Positions 59,353-64,000 of a stretch of DNA of 64,000 nt are shown here, piece after piece. The stretch is from the NCBI GenBank assembly GCA_965215265.1, contig OZ244048.1:3360001-3424000 (forward strand). Direction: 5' to 3'. Below the pieces are notes generated by a model, which ran no database searches, was not told where the DNA came from, and saw only the letters and a list, made by a program, of their open reading frames with translations. Made by a program: the position numbers and the translations under genes. The first letter of the stretch is position 1; the number at the start of each line of letters is the position of its first letter. The DNA comes from Candidatus Poribacteria bacterium. Lineage in GTDB: Bacteria; Poribacteria; WGA-4E; WGA-3G.

Positions 59353-60135
59353 ATGGAATCGTGGATTCGGATTGCACATCGTGGGGCCTCGGGGATTGCC
59401 CCAGAAAATACGCTTGCAGCGTTCAATAAGGCAATTGAAATCGGTGTTGATGCCGTAGAATTCGATCTGCACGGAACAGCCGATGGCGAAGTGGTAGTCA
59501 TACATGATGCCACGTTGAATAGAACCACCAGCCTCAGTGGACTTGTTAGAAAAAAACGGTTAGAAACGATTAAGTTTGCAGATGCAAGTGGTTGGTTCCA
59601 TCCGGACTTTAGAGGTGAACGTGCCTTACGGAGCGATTCAGCAGGCAGAGAAATCAGGTGCCACCCTCCTGAGACGAAAGGAGAACGCGTCCCGACGCTT
59701 GAGGAGGCATTAGCTTGCATTACCTCGAAGGCGATGGCGGTTGCTGAAATCAAAGACCCGGCAATCTGTGAAACGGTTGTCTCAAAAATCCGAGAGATGA
59801 ATGCCCTAGAGAAAGTCGTTATCATCTCTTTTTACACTGCTGCCTTACGTACAGCGCGCTCGCTTGAACCGTGCATTCCAACGGGTTGGCTCATCGGCAG
59901 TCACAATAACGGCGAGTCGCCTATAGCGTTGTGTCAGCAATTGTGCGAAATGGGCTGCAGTCTCCTGAACGTGAATCACCGTCTGCTAAATGCTGAATTC
60001 GCTTATGAGGTGCGGCGGCGCGGTATCTGCTTGTGGTGTTGGACTGTGGATGATATTGCCCGCATGCACCAGATGCGTGCCCTTGGCGTGCAGGGCATCA
60101 CGTCAAACCACCCTGAACGTTTCGCGAAGATTTAA
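59353..60135 (+). CDS. Glycerophosphodiester phosphodiesterase
   Basis: IAHRGASG..PENT, EFD, HD..L.RTT, EIK, WTVD, GITSNHP. Confidence 0.92.
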   Translation: MESWIRIAHRGASGIAPENTLAAFNKAIEIGVDAVEFDLHGTADGEVVVIHDATLNRTTSLSGLVRKKRLETIKFADASGWFHPDFRGERALRSDSAGREIRCHPPETKGERVPTLEEALACITSKAMAVAEIKDPAICETVVSKIREMNALEKVVIISFYTAALRTARSLEPCIPTGWLIGSHNNGESPIALCQQLCEMGCSLLNVNHRLLNAEFAYEVRRRGICLWCWTVDDIARMHQMRALGVQGITSNHPERFAKI

Positions 60136-61493
60136 AATTTCCTCCAAAAGGCACTCGCAATATACCCGCAAATCGGATAAGAGAGCAATGCCGTAGACCA
60201 GGCGATGCCTTCTAATCCCCACCACTGCATGAAGAGCCAATTAAGAACCGGATTGAGTACAAGTCTGATGAGTGTTGCAACCACAATGGTCGCGTGGTTT
60301 TGACGCGCCAGATGCGCACGGATTAGCAACCGGCTCAGCAAACGTGGAAGCATCCCTATCAAGTAGATGCCTAGTAGACTGGCGATATGCTGTAACCCTG
60401 CCTCGGACAATTCACCGTGCCCGTACAAAAGGTTGACGATAGGCCCACGAAATACGTAGAATGCGAGTAAAAACGGCACCATCAGGATGAGTGTGCCGAC
60501 AATGCTACGACAGATGCTCTGTTTGAGTTGTGATGCCTTATTGGAAGTAGAATGATGGCATTCCATCTCTGACTGTTTCGTGGTGGCGAACTGAGCCCAA
60601 TGCGATAAAAATACGGGTAACGTCACACCTGTCAAGGTCTCCGGAATCGAACATAGACGGAGCGCGTAGTCCAACTTAGAGACTGAGCTCACCCTTAGCA
60701 GACTCGCCATCCCCCTATCGACAACAGGGTTGATTCCATCAGAAATCGCGGCTGCCATCATCAGGAAACATTGGCGTGCGAACTGTTTGGTTTGTGGGGT
60801 GTGGTGCCAGTGGCTGCTGAGCCGTCTTGGTTTAAGCAGTTCACCTAATGCCAGATTAAGCATAGCACAACATCGCTGAAATAAGATGATCACTTGGAAC
60901 AATTCACCGATAATCAGCGCAATCGGGATACAAAACAAGCTGAGAGATGATTTACATAGGTAAATCGTAGCGAGTACAAGGAGTGCACGCAGCGCTTGTA
61001 CAATCAACGGTAAATGAAATGCCTGATAGGTATCTAAAATCGCTTTAAGCATCCAGCGAATTGCAGAAACGAGGGTGAAACATGCAAAGCACGCCACGAT
61101 GGCGATTTCTGTGGAAAATGACAATTCGGTATCCGGGAAAAACCGTTCAGAGATTATCCATGAAACACCTATCAGAACACAGCAGCACACCGGCATTGCT
61201 ATGATATAGAGGGAGAAGATGGCTTGGATACACTGTTGTGCGTCGTTTTCGCTTTTGGCCCTTGCTTCTGCCAATACTGGAACGAGGACTGAGTAAGCAG
61301 AAGCGGCACTGAGCAACTCGATCAGAAAGGCAGCGATGCCCCAATAATAGTAGATAAAATCGGTGCTCGCAATCGCACCGAACCAATTGGCGAGAAAGGC
61401 ATAGATAAGAAACGTTCCGGCGCGCCCAAGCAGACTGAGCGGTGTAACGCTTAGCAGGTTTTTGAAGAGAGGGGTACGGCTCAGTACTGCCAT
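60132..61493 (-). CDS. MurJ/MviN-like (MOP superfamily) flippase
   Basis: Many TMs; A.WFGA...D, VDRGMASLL...VSKLDYALRL, LYGHG, GLEGIAWST. Confidence 0.75.
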   Translation of the reverse strand: MAVLSRTPLFKNLLSVTPLSLLGRAGTFLIYAFLANWFGAIASTDFIYYYWGIAAFLIELLSAASAYSVLVPVLAEARAKSENDAQQCIQAIFSLYIIAMPVCCCVLIGVSWIISERFFPDTELSFSTEIAIVACFACFTLVSAIRWMLKAILDTYQAFHLPLIVQALRALLVLATIYLCKSSLSLFCIPIALIIGELFQVIILFQRCCAMLNLALGELLKPRRLSSHWHHTPQTKQFARQCFLMMAAAISDGINPVVDRGMASLLRVSSVSKLDYALRLCSIPETLTGVTLPVFLSHWAQFATTKQSEMECHHSTSNKASQLKQSICRSIVGTLILMVPFLLAFYVFRGPIVNLLYGHGELSEAGLQHIASLLGIYLIGMLPRLLSRLLIRAHLARQNHATIVVATLIRLVLNPVLNWLFMQWWGLEGIAWSTALLSYPICGYIASAFWRKF

Positions 61494-61695
61494 GCTCGAT
61501 GTTGTTTTGACTGCATATTAAGAAATGTATCACGAGAAATGAATCTGATATCATCCCCTCTGAAGTATAGCAAATTTCAGGAGGTTTGTCAACTAACTAA
61601 TTTCCTCTTGTTGATTTCGGCATGATGTGATATGATATTTCCTAAGGCACCATACTAAAATAGCCATGAGCGGCCTCGACAAGGAGTGAATAGAG

Positions 61696-62523
61696 ATGAA
61701 ACACGAACTAACTTCGGAACAAATTGATTTTTATCGGGAAAACGGATTTCTGGTTATTGAAAATTTTTTGGATGCAGAGGAGCTTGCCGAATGGCAAAGG
61801 TGTACCGATGCAGCCGTTGAGGAGCGGTTAGGAGGCTCCGTTGAGTTTATGACAAACCAGATGGATCCGAATCAGTTTTATGCACGCGTCTTTACGCAGT
61901 GTCTGCGCTTAGCAGATACACACGCCGGCATGCGGAAGCTCATCCATGATGCGTGCCTCGGTAGGATGGCGACAGAATTGGCAGGCGTTGACGGTATACG
62001 GATTTGGCACGATCAGGCGTTGATTAAACCACCGCATGGAAACCCAACGGCGTGGCATCTTGATGTGCCATACTGGTCGTTTGACTCGCGGGATACGCTA
62101 TCATTTTGGATGGCGTTGGATGATGCAACGTTAGCGAACGGCTGTATGTGGTATCTGCCCGGTACTCACAAAACCGCACGTTTTGATAACGTTGGGATTG
62201 GTGTGAATATCGGTGAGCTGTTTAACGTGTATCCAGAATGGAAACAGATTGAGCCGGAAGCTGCCCCTTGCACTGCCGGTTCGCTTGTCTGGCATAACGG
62301 CTTAACGGCACACGGTGCGGGCGCGAACATGACCATTTTACATCGCCGTGCAATGACGTGTGGCTTTATGCCTGACGGAAGCACCTTCAATGGAAAGAGA
62401 AACATACTGCCTGAGGACTATTTTGAGTCCCTCAAAATCGGAGACATACTAGATAATAATACACAGAACCCGCTCGTCTGGCACAACGATTGGATGGGTA
62501 AAGGAGAAATGCATGGGAACTAA
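61696..62523 (+). CDS. Phytanoyl-CoA dioxygenase (PhyH) family Fe(II)/2OG dioxygenase
   Basis: FYRENGFLVI, WHLD (HxD), WMALDDAT..NGCM..LPGTH, H...TAHGAGAN...RRA. Confidence 0.92.
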   Translation: MKHELTSEQIDFYRENGFLVIENFLDAEELAEWQRCTDAAVEERLGGSVEFMTNQMDPNQFYARVFTQCLRLADTHAGMRKLIHDACLGRMATELAGVDGIRIWHDQALIKPPHGNPTAWHLDVPYWSFDSRDTLSFWMALDDATLANGCMWYLPGTHKTARFDNVGIGVNIGELFNVYPEWKQIEPEAAPCTAGSLVWHNGLTAHGAGANMTILHRRAMTCGFMPDGSTFNGKRNILPEDYFESLKIGDILDNNTQNPLVWHNDWMGKGEMHGN

Positions 62524-63910
62524 GAAGCCGAATATCGTGTTAATGGGAGTTGACTCGCTCTTGGCGACGCACATGAGTTGCTACGGGTATCATCGCTTAA
62601 CGACACCACACATTGATAGGTTTGCAGAAGGTGGAACGCTCTTTGAGAGAACCTATAGTGCACACATTCCGACGACAAGCGCGTACGCCTCTATGCTAAC
62701 CGGTTTAGATACGTTCAGTACACAGGTTGTAGCACTCCGACATCAGGGACCGCTTCGGGAGGAAGTGAAAACGTTAGCGGAGATTCTCGGAGAGTCCGGC
62801 TACAATACGACATGTGTCGGGTTCAGTGGTCCGAGCGCGCGTGGTTTTGATAGTTACCTCAACTTTGAAGGATGGGGTGGTGATGAAACCGGCCGTGCCC
62901 CTAAGGCCCAGAACCTCAATAACGTGACGATCCCCGAATTAAATCGACTTGTGGACGAAAGCGATGACAAACCGTTTTTCTTATTTCTCCGGCACATGGA
63001 TCCGCACTCCCCCTATCTACCCCCGGCACCCTACGAGCGGATGTTCTACCACGGCGATGAGTGCGACCTCGGCAACCCCTCGATGGAACAGGTCATGGCA
63101 TTTAAGCCGTTTTGTGATTATTTTGCATCTTGGATGCCCCCGGGTATTACTGATAAGGATTACGTTATCGCGCAGTATGACGGTGCCATCGCTTATATGG
63201 ATGCTTGCATTCAGACGCTCTTTAACGTACTTGAGGCACGCGATGTCATGGATGAGACCATTATCGTTATCAACGGCGACCACGGCGAAACGCTCTATGA
63301 CCATGAATGCTGGTTCGATCATCACGGGCTCTATGATGTGACACTACACGTCCCACTCATTATCCGCTATCCAGGACGCATACCTGCTGGGACACGTGTT
63401 TCGGGCTATAACCAGCACAAAGATTTAGTCCCTACACTTCTTGAATTAGCAGACGTGGAGAGCGGCATTAGATTTGATGGCAGCAGTCTTATGAAGATGA
63501 TAACAGGGGAGGTTCCTTCATTTGACAGTGAATTTTACATCACGGAATGTACCTGGATGCGGAAACATGGATGGCGTACCCCGGAGTGGAAACTCATCGT
63601 TGCTCTCGAACCGGACTTCCATTTCAAGCCGCCCGTTGAATTATATAACTTAATCCAAGACCCGGATGAAAATAACAATCTGGTTGCCAGTCATCCTGAC
63701 ATCGTCAACGTGTTAGAAACTCGGATGAAAAATTGGATCTCTCAGCGGGAGCAGGAGACGGGCCTGACGAACCCAATTATGACACAAGGCGATTGGCACG
63801 GGCACAAAGGTGTGGGTCCTTTTAAGACATCGGAACAGGCGTATAATACGATGCACATCGGGAATCCGGGTGAGGCAGCGAGGCTGCAAGCCAAGTCTCG
63901 TAGTGAATAG
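62513..63910 (+). CDS. Sulfatase-like hydrolase/transferase lacking the CxPxR motif
   Basis: PNIVLMGVDSL, IPTTSAYASMLTG, DPHSPY, YDGAIAYMD, GDHGE, ELYNLIQDPDE. Confidence 0.85.
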   Translation: MGTKKPNIVLMGVDSLLATHMSCYGYHRLTTPHIDRFAEGGTLFERTYSAHIPTTSAYASMLTGLDTFSTQVVALRHQGPLREEVKTLAEILGESGYNTTCVGFSGPSARGFDSYLNFEGWGGDETGRAPKAQNLNNVTIPELNRLVDESDDKPFFLFLRHMDPHSPYLPPAPYERMFYHGDECDLGNPSMEQVMAFKPFCDYFASWMPPGITDKDYVIAQYDGAIAYMDACIQTLFNVLEARDVMDETIIVINGDHGETLYDHECWFDHHGLYDVTLHVPLIIRYPGRIPAGTRVSGYNQHKDLVPTLLELADVESGIRFDGSSLMKMITGEVPSFDSEFYITECTWMRKHGWRTPEWKLIVALEPDFHFKPPVELYNLIQDPDENNNLVASHPDIVNVLETRMKNWISQREQETGLTNPIMTQGDWHGHKGVGPFKTSEQAYNTMHIGNPGEAARLQAKSRSE

Positions 63911-64000
63911 CCGTTGTCAACTTTTGGCGAAGCTGCCGCGCGGGAAGTCCGTGCTCCCGCGCTTACCCCTTCACTACGCCAATGGGCCGGAGGCGCGCAA

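Overview
64 kb of a bacterial chromosome, most likely Candidatus Poribacteria or a relative. That assignment is an inference from the gene mix: a DUF6785-type membrane protein, several Gfo/Idh/MocA oxidoreductases, sulfatases, a PhyH dioxygenase, a DUF1549/DUF1553 protein, an internalin-type LRR surface protein and C-terminal KL-x-x-x-W-x-x-x-K tails. The first half is mostly housekeeping: ychF, leuB, rpsF-ssb-rpsR-rplI-dnaB, mlaE-mlaF-mlaD, radA-PIN/TRAM-ispD-ispF-cysS, dprA and accA. The second half holds catabolic and envelope genes, tilS-hpt and a minus-strand tRNA cluster (Leu-TAA, fMet, Met/Ile2-CAT) behind an exactly duplicated sigma70 promoter. Main points of interest: (1) a DNA methyltransferase/Mrr-like nuclease fusion split by a G9 tract, a candidate phase-variable switch; (2) a PorV/FadL-like beta-barrel fused to a lytic transglycosylase next to a LysM-M23 peptidase; (3) a minimal MlaEFD system whose MlaD appears to end in a beta-barrel; (4) a shared C-terminal sorting-like motif, and an LRR/Ig gene cut from its own C-terminus by a 51-bp palindromic junction; (5) a TsdA/SoxA-like diheme cytochrome; (6) short in-frame insertions in several housekeeping enzymes. 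No CRISPR array, rRNA or intact transposase was seen. All product calls come from motif recognition by eye; no database search was run.
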